Assembly: GCA_951406725.2 (NCBI GenBank)
Contig: OX597821.1
Coordinates: 24,180,001-24,244,000 of the forward strand
Direction of reading: 5' to 3'
DNA length: 64,000 bases
Source of the DNA: Octopus vulgaris
Lineage: Eukaryota
Position 1 is the stretch's first letter. Every line of letters starts with the position of its first letter. The notes under the pieces are model-generated. The model saw only the letters and a list, made by a program, of their open reading frames with translations, had not been told where the DNA came from and did no database searches. This document shows, piece by piece, positions 13,762 through 26,939 of the stretch. The position numbers were made by a program, and so were the translations under genes.

Positions 13762-15053
13762 CGAGGGGCGTTCAATAAGTAATGCCCCTGACCCACTTCC
13801 CATAGCAGTAGAGCAACGAAACTTGGCACAGGTATTAGTCTTTTTCAGCATAGGAACAACCCAGAGTGACGCATTTCTCCCATCGTTTGATACAGCTCTG
13901 GAGACCGTTTTCATAGAAGACCCCAGCTTGGTCCTCCAACCACGACGTGACTTCAGAAATCAAGGCTGCATCATCTGGGAAACGCTTTCCTTTCAAAAAC
14001 AACTTCATGGCTGGGAAGAGGTGAAAATCAGAGGGTGCAAGGTCAGGAGAGTAGGGGGATGGGGGAAGTGTTCATAGCCGCACGCCTGTGCTTCTGATCT
14101 GGCGACACGCGAGTTGTGGACCGGAGCGTTGTCCTGCAGGCGGAGGATGCTTTGGTGATCTTGCCACGCCTCTTGGTTTTGATAGCTTCTCTTAATTTCC
14201 TCAAAAGTGAAGCATGATAGGCTCCTGTAATTGTGGTACCCTTTGCCAGGAAATCTGTCATCACTACTCTGTCCTGGTCCCAGAAGACTGTGAGCATGAC
14301 CTTGCCAGCGGAGGGCTGCACCCTTGCCTTCTTTGGAGGAGATGAGTCATGGTGCTTCCACTGCATTGACTGGGCTTTGGTCTCTGAATCATGGTGAAGG
14401 ACCCAGGTCTCATCCTGTGTAATCAGTATTTTGAAAAATTTTGACTCATCTTCTTGACACATCCCTAAATTCATCCTCGAGCACTCGACGCGTTCTTGCT
14501 TCAGGAAAAGTGTGAGCAACCTGGGAATCCCTCTGGCAGACACCTTTTGCATATGCAAATGGTCATGAATGATAGTTTCCACAGACCCGGTACTAATCTT
14601 GACCTCATGGGCTATTTGGCGAATAGTTATACGTCCATCTTCCAAAATGGCAGCCTCAACTTGACGGACAGATGCCTCATCAATGGCAGAAGGGGTGCGA
14701 CCAGATCTGGGAGCTGTTTCCACAGAGTTTCGACCATGTATGAAATTAACGTTGCCAGCGTTTTACAAGGTCATATGATAGGGCATCATCACCATAAGTT
14801 ATTTTCATTTCATCAAAAGTCTCCTGTGGTGTGCGTCATTTCAAATACAAAAACCGGATCACTTCTCGACACTCAACTGGCTCCATTTCCCACTTGACTC
14901 ATTTCAAACACATGTAAATCAGAAACCACTATTAGTTCGGAGCTGTAATTCGCCACTTAATCTATAGAGATATAAATAATTACACATGCAAAATTTCAGC
15001 TAGATCAATCAACGGCAAGTGGGGCAGAGGCATTACTTATTGAACGCCACTAG
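13762..15053 (-). mobile_element. Full-length but decayed mariner transposon (~1.29 kb)
   Basis: TIRs CGAGGGGCGTTCAATAAGTAATGCC and GGCATTACTTATTGAACGCCACTAG, with TA on both sides. Confidence 0.93.
13835..14886 (-). pseudogene. Mariner transposase pseudogene
   Basis: Starts MEPVECREVIRFLYLK*. Contains PRSGR, ITQDETW and SAGKVMLTVFWD; ends GSYAEKD*. Has internal stops and frameshifts. Confidence 0.9.
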
Positions 15054-15391
15054 TATATATAAGGAGAAAAAGGAGTGGTAATTAATAAAATATTATTTAT
15101 TAATTATAAAATATGACGACATAATTTATAATTCATAATTAATAAATTTTGATAAATAATATTAGTGTGGGATGTCTTTGAGCGCATGTGTACGCGTACC
15201 TACGTACGGACATAAATGTATATGCTTAACGTGTGCATACGTGTGCGTAGCTACGAATGTGAGAGTGTATAAGAGTTGTGATCCTTTTGTTCTTCTGTGA
15301 TGAACGAAAATATGCAATAAATGAATTTAAATGTTTGGAAAATTACATGGATAAGTAAAAAAGAAATTATAACATTACTTTTATCATATAC

Positions 15392-15945
15392 GCAGGAGTG
15401 GCTGTGTGGTAAGTAGCAAAAGTAAGAAGCAAAAGTCGGCGGGCGCTTTCTGACTTCTCCCATCACCATCTTCATCCACCACCACCATCATCCATTAATG
15501 TCTTTGTCCAGCTCGTAGCTACTCTGTGTGCTGCCCTAGTGGCAAATTATTGAAATAAAGTAGCTTGCTAACCAGCCACATGGTTCTGGGTTCAGTCCCA
15601 CTGCGTGGCATCTTGGGCAAGTGTCTTCTACTATAGCCTCGGGCCGACCAAAGCCTTGTGAGTGGATTTGGTAGACGGAAACTGAGAGAAGCCTGTCGTA
15701 TATATGTATATATATATGTATGTGTGTGTATATGTTTGTGTGTCTGTGTTTGTCCTCCTAGCATTGCTTGACAACCGATGCTGGTGTGTTTACGTCCCCG
15801 TAACTTAGCGGTTCGGCAAAAGAGACCGATAGAATAAGTACTGGGCTTACAAAGAATAAGTTCTGGGGTCGATTTGCTCGACTAAAGGCGGTCCTCCAGC
15901 ATGGCCGCAGTCAAATGACTGAAACAAGTAAAAGAGTAAAAGAGT
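15392..15945 (+). mobile_element. SINE A with a ~140-bp insertion in the head
   Basis: The head is split at AAGTAGC, which is duplicated at ~15411 and ~15558. Confidence 0.85.
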
Positions 15946-16929
15946 ATGTAACGCTCAGCATTTCAACGAAATGGAGGACATAATATCTCTTATACTAATG
16001 ACACCTCACTGATGAAGCTTGTGTCTTCGTCCTTTTCCCAGTTTTGAAAATAACATTGCGAAATATCTTCTCCACCGTCCAATAAAAGAGGTCTGACTCT
16101 CATTTATCAGTGAGTTCAAGCTGTTTTTGAAGACACTAGGAACTCCCTCTTTGCTTTGGTACCTGTAGATCACCTTTCTTCTCTTTCATGCATATGTAAC
16201 TGCTTCAGATAGGTATCACCTGTTTTGTCATATAGTGTTGCCATGTAGTTTCTCATGAAAACGTCCTGCGCTTAAGATTATCTGTTGCAAGTTAATAATA
16301 ACAAAGCGCTCTTGCATTAGAAGAGTGTTTTTCCGCTTAAATTTCGTTTGATAAAGTCTCTGCGTGTGTATGTGTGTATGAGATGTTTTTTTTTCCCACA
16401 CGCATAACTAAGACCGCTCACAACAGTACTATTAACGGAAATGCTAGTATCTTTCCTCTCCTAAATGAATACATTTTGAAGCAAAATATATTCGTTAGGT
16501 TTCTTTTCCTTTTGGTGTTTAAAACATTTCCCCTTTCAATGTTTGTTTTAATAGATGCCATTTATCGCCATATTATACACTTATAAACACAATAGAATCA
16601 AAAACTCATTAATAAAATAAAAATTGTCTAAAAACAGGCCATCTTTTTTTTTTTTTTAGTCTGGACCTTGTTGTGCAGATGAGCATCAATAGTCGAGCTT
16701 TGCTTGAATCTACTTTCCTCATCCAACGTGGCTTCTCGCGGTGGTTACTAATGTGCATAAATAAACCGGGGCGATACAGAGAACACCTCATATCCAGACC
16801 ACCACACAGCACTCTGTACAGTTTATCATTACATGTCAGACTTTGCAGTATAGTTTTTCACTAAGGTAGAATCTTAAAGTATTTGGAATAATGGAAAGAG
16901 GGCAGAGGTGTGCAGGCATTTTTCATGTG

Positions 16930-17135
16930 ATAAAAGTCTGCTTGATCGGGGTTGGTTTGGGCTACGCAACATTAACGACGACAACAGACTTACAGAGACA
17001 GACTGGACAGTGGAGAGTTATAATATGCCCGAACTGCAACACAGCATCACATACAATAAAGCACTGCATGTCAGAATGTTCAGTTTGGACTTCAACAAGA
17101 CAGTGGTATGGCATTTCCAGAGGCGCGGATCTCTG
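16930..17135 (+). pseudogene. Possible LINE C-terminal zinc-knuckle fragment
   Basis: ICPNCNTASHTIKHCMSECSVWTSTRQWYGI fits a CxxC-x8-H-x4-C pattern. Confidence 0.45.
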
Positions 17136-17570
17136 AATTGCGCCCCGTCGTTCAGCCCACATTGTGTTTATATCAGAGCTGCTCTAGATCTACACAACAC
17201 CAATCGTAGCACAGTACCGACCCTACCACCACTGCCATCACCATATAAACACATAAAAGATAGGATGAGCACGATTAGAATGTCTTGGACCATCGGAGAA
17301 AGGCGGCCTACCCCACCATTTACCCAGCATTTTGCAAGTATTTCGGTCCTTAACTCTTTACATTCAAAGGGGGACAGGCTGCATCCAGATTATGATTCCT
17401 AGATATAGCTCTGCAGACTTATTTTCAGTTATTGTTTGCATTTTAACTTGTGCTTTCCTGGGTAGTCAGATACTCCAGAACCAAGATATTTCAGATACTG
17501 AAAGCCCTTCAATGTAGAACAACAGTTACTCGTAGGGTGGTAAGTGTAAGGGCATCACTGTATTCCTTCA

Positions 17571-17801
17571 AGGCGGCGAGCCGGCAGAAATGTTAGGACG
17601 CTGGGCGAAATGCCTAGCGGTATTTTGTCTGCCGCTACGTTCTGAGTTCAAATTCCGCCGAGGTCGACTTTGCCTTTCATCCTTTCGGGGTCGATTAAAT
17701 AAGTACCAGTTACACACTGGGGTTGATGTAATCGACTTAATCCGTTTGTCTGTCCTTGTTCGTCCCCTCTGTGTTTAGCCCCTTGTGGGTAGTAAAGAAA
17801 T
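17571..17801 (+). mobile_element. tRNA-derived SINE family B
   Basis: GGCGGCGAG..GGCAGAA head, B-box GAGTTCAAATTCC, core GCCTTTCATCCTTTCGGGGTCGA, tail GTAAAGAAATA. TSD TGTATTCCTT. Confidence 0.88.
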
Positions 17802-18908
17802 ATGTATTCCTTTGCCGGTGGCTCGGATGGCTATGATGCTGTAAAGATGGCCATGAACCCCACCAACAGTGACAAAATCAACAACAAAAGTGTTATTTAA
17901 TCATTACGTCAGCAAGATGTCATCCAACCTTTTTTACAAAACAGAAAAAGGAAAGATGTCATCAGACAGACGACTATGAACGTTGGTATGTATGTGATAA
18001 TTACCTAATATTTTCTCAAAGTCTTGCTACAATTTCAGTAGGGAAACCAGGTTAACTATGAACTTTATAGTTGAGAAAGATAATCCATCATTATAAGCAA
18101 GAAAAATAAACAGATAAATAATCAAATAAATATTTGTAGAAGAGAAGCGAATGCTATCTGTTATGTAAGAAGGGTGATTACAAGATGGCGTTTATAATCT
18201 GGTTATTAGCGGCGGGGAGAGCAGGGAATGCAGATATGTGGAAAGAAATTATAGAAGAAAGTATATACACACACACGCATACATGCACACTCGCGCACAT
18301 ATACATACATATATGTATGTATTCATGTGTGTATACCTACATGTATGTATATATGTATGTATGTATATACATACATACACACGTATCTGTGTGCATGTAT
18401 GTCTATATGTATACACATACATACATACACATGTATCTGTATGTATAACTGTATGCATACATGAATGTACATATGTATGTATACACCTACACACACAAGT
18501 GTCTGTGTGTGTATGTGTTTATATTATTCATACATAACCTTTATATGTTCATACACACACACACACACGCATACATAGACACACACATACGCATATACAC
18601 ACGCACACATGCGCGCGCGTATATGTGCTTATATATATACATTCATAGTTATATACATATTTGTATGTATGTATATACATATGTATCTATGTATGTACGT
18701 ATCTATCTGTGTGTATGTTTGTATGTAGCTGTAGTCGATGTGTGGTTTACAAATTATATAATGTGCTTCGGTGCCATTTAGATAATTTCTCTCTGTATAT
18801 TTATTGGAAAATAAACACTTTCCAAATTCTAAATAACAACATACCGTCATTTCCTTGTTCCTGATGGGAACATATTTAATAAAAGATACACACAAAGACA
18901 AACACAAA

Positions 18909-19010
<102 letters not shown>

Positions 19011-19105
19011 GAAATTAGGAAACGTCATTTCTTTTATGTAATCTTAGTGAACAAATACATTTTCAGTTGTTTATTCAATCAACATGGATAACCAATTTAA
19101 TGCGC

Positions 19106-19164
<59 letters not shown>

Positions 19165-19452
19165 CATATATATAAATATATACATATTTATATATATGTA
19201 TATGTTTTGGTTGGTTGCTTAAGAATGAACTTCATAAACACGTTGAATCTTGTTCACATCAATTTGGTGCCACCCTGTTAGTAATGATTTTACATACACA
19301 CATATATACATACATACATACATACATACATACATACATTCATACATACATACATACATACATACATACATACATACATACATACATACACACACATGTA
19401 TGTATGTATGTATGTATATATTGGTGTGTGTATGTCCCTATGTAATTATGTG

Positions 19453-19524
<72 letters not shown>

Positions 19525-19949
19525 TGTGCTAGCATGTGTGTATGTGTTTTGCGTGCGCGCGTGTAAAAATACTGCAGAGTTGATATGATATATAAACAGA
19601 TATTTCGGACAGAAAGCGTACAACACGCTCTCTGATGTATTCCGAACTATTTATCAACCGTTACTGATAACAGAACCAAATCGTTAGCTTTTTTCTCCCT
19701 GAAAATCAAACATTACCATATTTTACAAAGAAAAGCAAATATTTCGAACGTCATAAATATTACATCTGTTTTTCAGATATGTCGTAGTTAACTCACCACA
19801 CCAGCAATTAAGCTATTTATTCAATTATCATCGAACATAACGAAGTGTCACGCTTTGATTTGATCTTAATGACGAGAATCAGTGACTGAAATTTGAATGA
19901 TTGGGTTTTCTTTCCTATTCCAGATTAGTAAATATGATATCGCTTATCC

Positions 19950-20550
19950 TTTATACTGATTTAAACTTTTGACACAAGGTCAGCAATTCCGGGGCGGAAT
20001 AGGTCGATTAGATCGACTCCAGTGCTCAACTGATACTTATTTTATCGACTCAGAGAGGATGAAAGGCAAAGTCGACGCCGGTAGAATTTTAATTCGGAAA
20101 GTAAAGACGAACGACATACCTATTTCTTTACTACCACAAGGGGCTAAACATAGACAGGACAAACAAGAACAGACAAACGGATTAAGTCGATTATATCGAC
20201 CCCAGTGCGTAACTGGTACTTATTTAATCGACCCCGAAAGGATGAAAGACAAAGTCGATCTTCGCGGAATTTGAACTCAGAACGTAGCGGCAGACGAAAT
20301 ACCGCTAAGCATTTCGCCCGGGGTGCTAACGTTTCTGCCAGCTCGCCACCTTATCCTTTATATTGGTTTCAAATTTTGGCACACGTCCGGGAGGAAGGGG
20401 TAAGTCGATTATGTCGATCTCAGTACTCAAGCCCGAAAAGATGAAAAGCAGTCGACCTCAGCGGAATTTGAACACAGAACATAAAGACGGACGAAATGCC
20501 GCTGAGCATTTAGCCTGTCTTGCTAACGATTCTGCCAGCTCGACGCCCTA
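19950..20550 (-). mobile_element. Cluster of three SINE B copies
   Basis: Cores at ~20050, 20235 and 20435. Confidence 0.85.
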
Positions 20551-22294
20551 GCTTATTCTCTATATTAGGAGCTTGAAGCAGTTAGATTTCCTCAAATACG
20601 AACCTGGAATGTTTAAGCTAGAAAGTCAAAACCGCTGGTGAATAATATGTTGACCGGAGATAATTTTCAATACATCTCCTAAACTTTACTTCAACATCTA
20701 CAGACAGTTTTACCTACCAATTATCTTTGACGTAAGTTCTTGATATGTGTTGACAGACAAATAAATAATTAAATAAAATAAATCAAGGTTAATATTCGCG
20801 CCTAACGGTCTTATGAAGTATTCTTGAGCTTATAAGGTCCCTGGATTTCAGCTACTGATAAGGAGCTTCCTTATTACAGCCGGTGGTTATGTGTCTTTAG
20901 ATTCAGGTTTAATAAGAAATTTCTCATCCTTCAACTTCTCTCAAAGAGATTATTCTTGAAACTGGAGGCTCTGTCCAACATTAATACAAAATCTCCCAGC
21001 TTCTCATCGTTTGATAATTTCATTATTTCAGAGTTCACACATCTAAAATATCAAAATACATAAATTCTACATTATTATATGAAAGTGTTTACGAGATGCC
21101 TCAGCTCTCATCTTTTGACAATTCCACTATTCCTTATTTCACAGGTCTAAGACACCCTAAAATAAAAATTGTACATTATGTATGTATGTATGTATGTATG
21201 TATGTATGTATGTATGTATGTATGTATGTATGTATGTATGCATGTATGTATATATATATATGTCAGGTCACTTTCGAGTGCTACTGGTAACATGTAACCC
21301 AGTACAACTTGTTGCATGGTCGGGTCGTCGGCGACTAAACCACCAACCCCACCAAGCTTGCTTGGTGAGGAGGGTATTTATTGGACACCCTGCGGGATGA
21401 AAACTAAAACCCGCCAAAGGGCGGAGGAACTCTTGAGAGTCAATGGCCATCCAATAAATGTCTTAAGGCTGTATCATGCGCGGGGACATAGAGAAATAAT
21501 TGGACTGAATACCCAATCGCACGGTTAAACCATTGGGAGTGAAGGACTCCTAGCCTTTGCTAGGGCATCCTTCTAGGAGAAGGTAACTCTTTGTGGCACC
21601 TTGAGCAAGTGTCTTCTACTATAGCTTCGGGCCGACGAAAGCTCTGTGAGTTGATTTTGTAGATGGAAACTGAAAGAAGCCCGTTGTATCGTTATCCCGT
21701 TCTCTCTGTCTGTGCGCTTATAACTCGAGTATTGTTCATCCGATCGCACTGAAATTTTAAACATGGATACATGAGAGAGTGAGGCATTCCGTAATCTAAA
21801 AAGATTTTGAAAATTGTCAGTTTCAAAGTGAGAATTGCTATTTTTGTAATATTTTTGTCCTGTTTTTTTTTCCGCCATGTTGTTCATTAAAAGCAATGAG
21901 TTGCTCAGACAGCCGGCGCTTATCATTTCGCTGGCAACAAGGGGAGTACAGGATGACAATCAGCCCAAACCGTCGCTATGCTGTCTCTCTTCTTTCCTCT
22001 CTCTGTCTCTCTCTTTGTCCCTCTCTCTCTATATACGTAGAGGGCTCAATGCGATTATCTAACTTAAAGCAACAGTTGTCGAATGCAAAAAGCCAAAGAA
22101 CTGTTAATACATACATAAGATAGTAGGGTGTTTTGAGGGAGATTTGGCTGCTATTTCTACCAGTCTAGCTACCATGTAGAGGTCTCCCTCATTGGCTCAT
22201 ACATACATAAGTCAGTAAGGTGTGATTTGAGGGAGATTTGGCTGTTATCCCTACCAGGTCTGGTTACCACGTAGAGATCCCCCTCATTGGTTCA

Positions 22295-22574
22295 TCTAAT
22301 ATATAAATCCCGTTCTGGTTGTCTGTTTTTTTTGTGCGCTTGTAACTCGAGTATTGTTCATCCGATCACGCTGAAATTTTAAACATGGATACATGAGAGA
22401 GTAGAGCGTTTCGTAATCTAAGACGATTTTCAAAATTGTCAGTTTCAAAGTGAGAATCGCTATTTTTGTAATACTTATGGCCTGTCCATCGGATGATTAA
22501 AATTTCCATAACACCGTCCAAGTTAACCTTCTTCACCTATACAAACCGTCTAATGGACGAGGGTCGTTTGCTAG
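22295..22574 (+). mobile_element. Short non-autonomous Helitron-like element
   Basis: A|TC 5' end, small subterminal hairpin CGTC..GACG, CTAG|T 3' end. A partial copy lies at ~21693-21850. Confidence 0.7.
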
Positions 22575-22718
<144 letters not shown>

Positions 22719-22760
22719 CATCTATCTATCCATCTATCTATCTATCTATCTATCTATATA

Positions 22761-23420
22761 TGATTGGTCAAAACAGTGATGACGTCCCGTTACGCTGGAC
22801 TGGCCACCTAACAGGATACAGACAAGGGGCAGATCTAATACAGCTATAGGTCGGACCCGATTCTGATTGGTCAGAATATTGATGACGTCCCGTTCTGCTT
22901 GACTAGCCACCAAACGAAACGATTGGTCAAAACGTTGATGACGTCTCGTTCCGCTGGACTGGCCACCTAACAGGTGATATAAAACCCAAACAATTCACAA
23001 GGTTCGCCAGAACTGTCCGAGCGGACATCGACCAAAAGTCATCACAGTTGCTCAAGGTAAAATCTAAAATGAATTCCTCGCTTTTTCAAGAACATCAATT
23101 TTTTATATTGAATGCATATCACCACTATGAACTATTTTTTATATTGAATGCATATCACCACTATGAACCACTGCATCATACTCTTTAAACATATAGCATG
23201 AACTCACTTCACTATATATGAACTTTTGATGTCTGACTCTATTGTATATTATATATGAATTTTTTTATATTTGATAGCATGAACTATCTTTTTTATATAT
23301 AATTTTTTTTGATAAGGTTCATCATTTCAAGAACCGAAACATGTTAAATAAATAATGTATATATAAAAATTAAAAATTTGTCTAATATAGCAGCATTTTC
23401 GAACTTCATTTTTTACAAAT
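22761..23420 (+). mobile_element. Microsatellite-flanked dispersed repeat with ATTGG/TGACGTC sub-repeats
   Basis: A homologue with an internal deletion lies at 49143-49453. Both end in GCAGCATTTTCGAACTTCATTTTTTACAAA. Confidence 0.75.
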
Positions 23421-23451
23421 ATATACCCACTCGTACACGAGCTAATCTTAT

Positions 23452-23515
<64 letters not shown>

Positions 23516-23750
23516 TATATTCATGTGTGTGTCTTTGTGTCTGTGTTTGTCCCCCGCCCACCATCATTTAACAACCGATGTTGGTGTGTTTACGTTCCCG
23601 TAACTTAGCGGTTCGGCAAAGAGACTGATAGTATAAGTCCTGGGGTCGATTTCTTCGACTAAAAAAAAACCCTTCAAGGCGATACTCCAGTATGGTCGCA
23701 GTCACATGACTGAAAAAAATAAAACAATAAAAGAAATAGAAGAATATACA

Positions 23751-23807
<57 letters not shown>

Positions 23808-26319
23808 TCAGAAAGTGATCCCCAGCATGCACTGAATAGGTTTGCTGCCGAGTGTTACAAGGCATAGTTGAGAAGTAGCGTTGCGGAGACTGAGACACTG
23901 ATCCTCCTGCGACATTAGAATGTCGCAGGAATGAGCCGAGCCAACCGACAGAAGACCTAAGAGTAGAGAAAGGGCGAGGCAGTTGGATAATAGCCACAGT
24001 CTCGGCTGGTTGCGCTTGGGAATCCAACCAGAAAGTCTAATGACTGTTGCTTCTGATGGGACTCAATGGAGGAGGTGAAAGTAGGATTCTACTTTCTACG
24101 ATCCTTCAAAGAATAGCGGGCGGAGAAGATGGACGGACGGATGGACGGATGGACGAACGGATGGACGGATAAACTGTTTAATGTTATCAATAAAGATTGC
24201 TGAAGATAATGCTTTTGTTTTCTCAGCTTGTTGTTACACTTGGATAATTACATTAGGATAATCATATCACAGCTACAAGCTTAACTGATAACTTATATTT
24301 GTGTCATAGCTGTTGCCTAATTGCACACTGGCTCAAGTCCATGTAATATGTCAAAGGATAAAGTGTGTGTCATAGCACTATTTACTTGTGCACAACAAAC
24401 TAACAAAAGTAACCCCTACATGGCCACTCGATCTGCTGGAAATAACAACCGAATCCTCCATATTATTTTGGGAATATTTATTTCACATGCTCTATATGTC
24501 GGTCTAGACAGTACACTCTATTCAAAATTACCTCAATTTCACCTAGTTGTTGATAAGAATATATACTATCACGGTATTCGAGGGATGTTAGCTGTGATAG
24601 ACTGATGTCATATCCAAGAGAATATTTATTTTACACTTCTGGAACGTACACTATATCCTACATTACCTCACTTTCTGTAGCTGTTGGTAACACTAGACAC
24701 CACCCCATTACGTAGGGAATGTTAGCTATGAATAGATAGGTATGATAACCCGTATGATCTGTACCCAACACTCATATCCACCACCAAGTGTATTATATAA
24801 CTAAACCGTAACAAAATATCGGTTGCTCCTTAAGGGTAACTGAAGACTTGACAAGCACTAATTCTTTTAGTCTTTCAATGGTTCCAACCAGTAGGTTGGA
24901 ACCATGCTGTGCCACCACAATCAAATGTACGCTCGTACAGACATATGTAGACATTCAAATATCAGAACATTTGCGGACAAGATAACTACACAGATGTCAG
25001 AAGTACTTTTGCCTCTCATTCTTTGCCCTCTGTGTTTCCCTGTCTTCTTCATTCACTTTTCTTTCCTGTTGTTGGCACATACAATTCTCTCTAACTCTCC
25101 TTCTTATTACCCTCAACTCTCCTATCTCTGTCCTTTCCTTTTAAGTTTTATGTTTATTGATTATCTCTACCTACTCTCACTTCAGCTCTCTCTTTCCTTC
25201 TTCTCTCTCCTTTAAAACATGGTTTCTATCATTACCTATCTTTATCTCCTCATCTCTCTCTCTCTTATATCTATTTCCCACAATTTGTCTTCTCTTTATC
25301 TATCAACCTGATTCTCTAAATTCACCCTGCTTTCCATCTATACGTGGATGTCTACCCAACAACTTGCTCCCTACTCTTTCGGTTTCTTTACCTCTCACCT
25401 CATCTCTCTTCTTCTATACCTCTTTTATCCCTTTCTGTATCTCAAGCTCATCCCTACATACACACATATATTCTATCCTTCTCAGTTCCGAATTTTCAGA
25501 ATTCTCACACAAAGACAGACTGTGAGTGTGGTGTATCCACATGGAGCCAAGATTTTTTCCATTTCTGATGTCTGAATTAATGGAAGAGAGATAGAGATTG
25601 ATAGACAGAAAGATGAATAGATAGATGAATAGATAGATAGATAGACAGAGAGAGAGAGAGAGAAAGAGGCTAAGAGAAGGGTGAGAGAGGGAAGAGAGAG
25701 TGGTTGAGAGAAATAGTTGAGAAAAATAAAGAGAGAGAGAGAAGGAAAGAGAGAGGGCAACAACTAGAGACAGAGGAATCTTGAGAGATAGAGAGAAAGA
25801 GAGAGAGAAACAAATGGACAGAGAGAAGGAAAAGAGACCTTCACTGTGAATGTCTGCGTAGGTCTGTGTTTATCTGAACGTCAGTGCATTTATATATGTA
25901 TACATGTGTATTTGTATGTTTGTGTGTATATTTTTGTTTGTGTGTGTGTTTGTGTGTGTGTGTGCGCGTGTGCGTGTGTGTGTAGGTGTGTGTGTTTGTG
26001 TATGTGTATGTGTAGCAAGAACAAACTGTAGAACGTAACATTCAATTACATGTTATTATTGCAAGTTGTGATTCAGTAAACAGGCTGAAATTTCGCTCGT
26101 CCAATATTTTCCCACGATTTCCACTAAAAAATACCGAAGAGAAGAATAGAATAGAACAGAGCAGGAATACAAGCGAATAGATGCGAATGAAGAAATAGAT
26201 ATGAAGACTCTGGGAATAATTGTAACGTTGTTGCTGTTGTTGTTTAGCCCCGAAGTCAGCATTGATTTAGTAGACTTATTATCAAAAGTATTATGGCCTT
26301 GACTAACCGTTATATATAT

Positions 26320-26517
26320 CTTTCTCTTTCTCTTTTACTTGTTTCAGTCATTTGACTACGGCCATGCTGGAGCACCGCCTTTAATCGAGCAACTCGACCC
26401 CGGGACTTATTCTTTGTAAGCCCAGTACTTATTCTATCGGTCTCTTTTTGCCGAACCGCTAAGTTACGGGGACGTAAACACACCAGCATCGGTTGTCAAG
26501 CAATGCTAGGGGGACAA

Positions 26518-26548
<31 letters not shown>

Positions 26549-26717
26549 CATATATACGACAGGCTTCTTTCAGTTTCCGTCTACCAAATCCACTCACAAG
26601 GCATTGGTCGGCCCGGGGCTATAGCAGAAGACACTTGCCCAAGATGCCACGCAATGGGACTGAACCCGGAACCATGTGGTTGGTTAGCAAGCTACTTACC
26701 ACACAGCCACTCCTGCG

Positions 26718-26720
<3 letters not shown>
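26320..26720 (-). mobile_element. SINE A
   Basis: Full-length homologue. Confidence 0.88.
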
Positions 26721-26758
<38 letters not shown>

Positions 26759-26777
26759 CCGGCATTTATACACACAC

Positions 26778-26848
<71 letters not shown>

Positions 26849-26939
26849 ACCGGCATTTATACATATATATATATATAGTTTTTCTCTTTTAGTTTCAGCT
26901 CGAGACCTGTGGCCATGCTGGGGCACAGCCGTTTGCTTT

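Noticed and set aside
23845-24905. Two isolated 12-bp perfect hairpins (23845-23870 and 24878-24905)
   Set aside because: Short, with no associated motif. Not terminators in a eukaryotic context.
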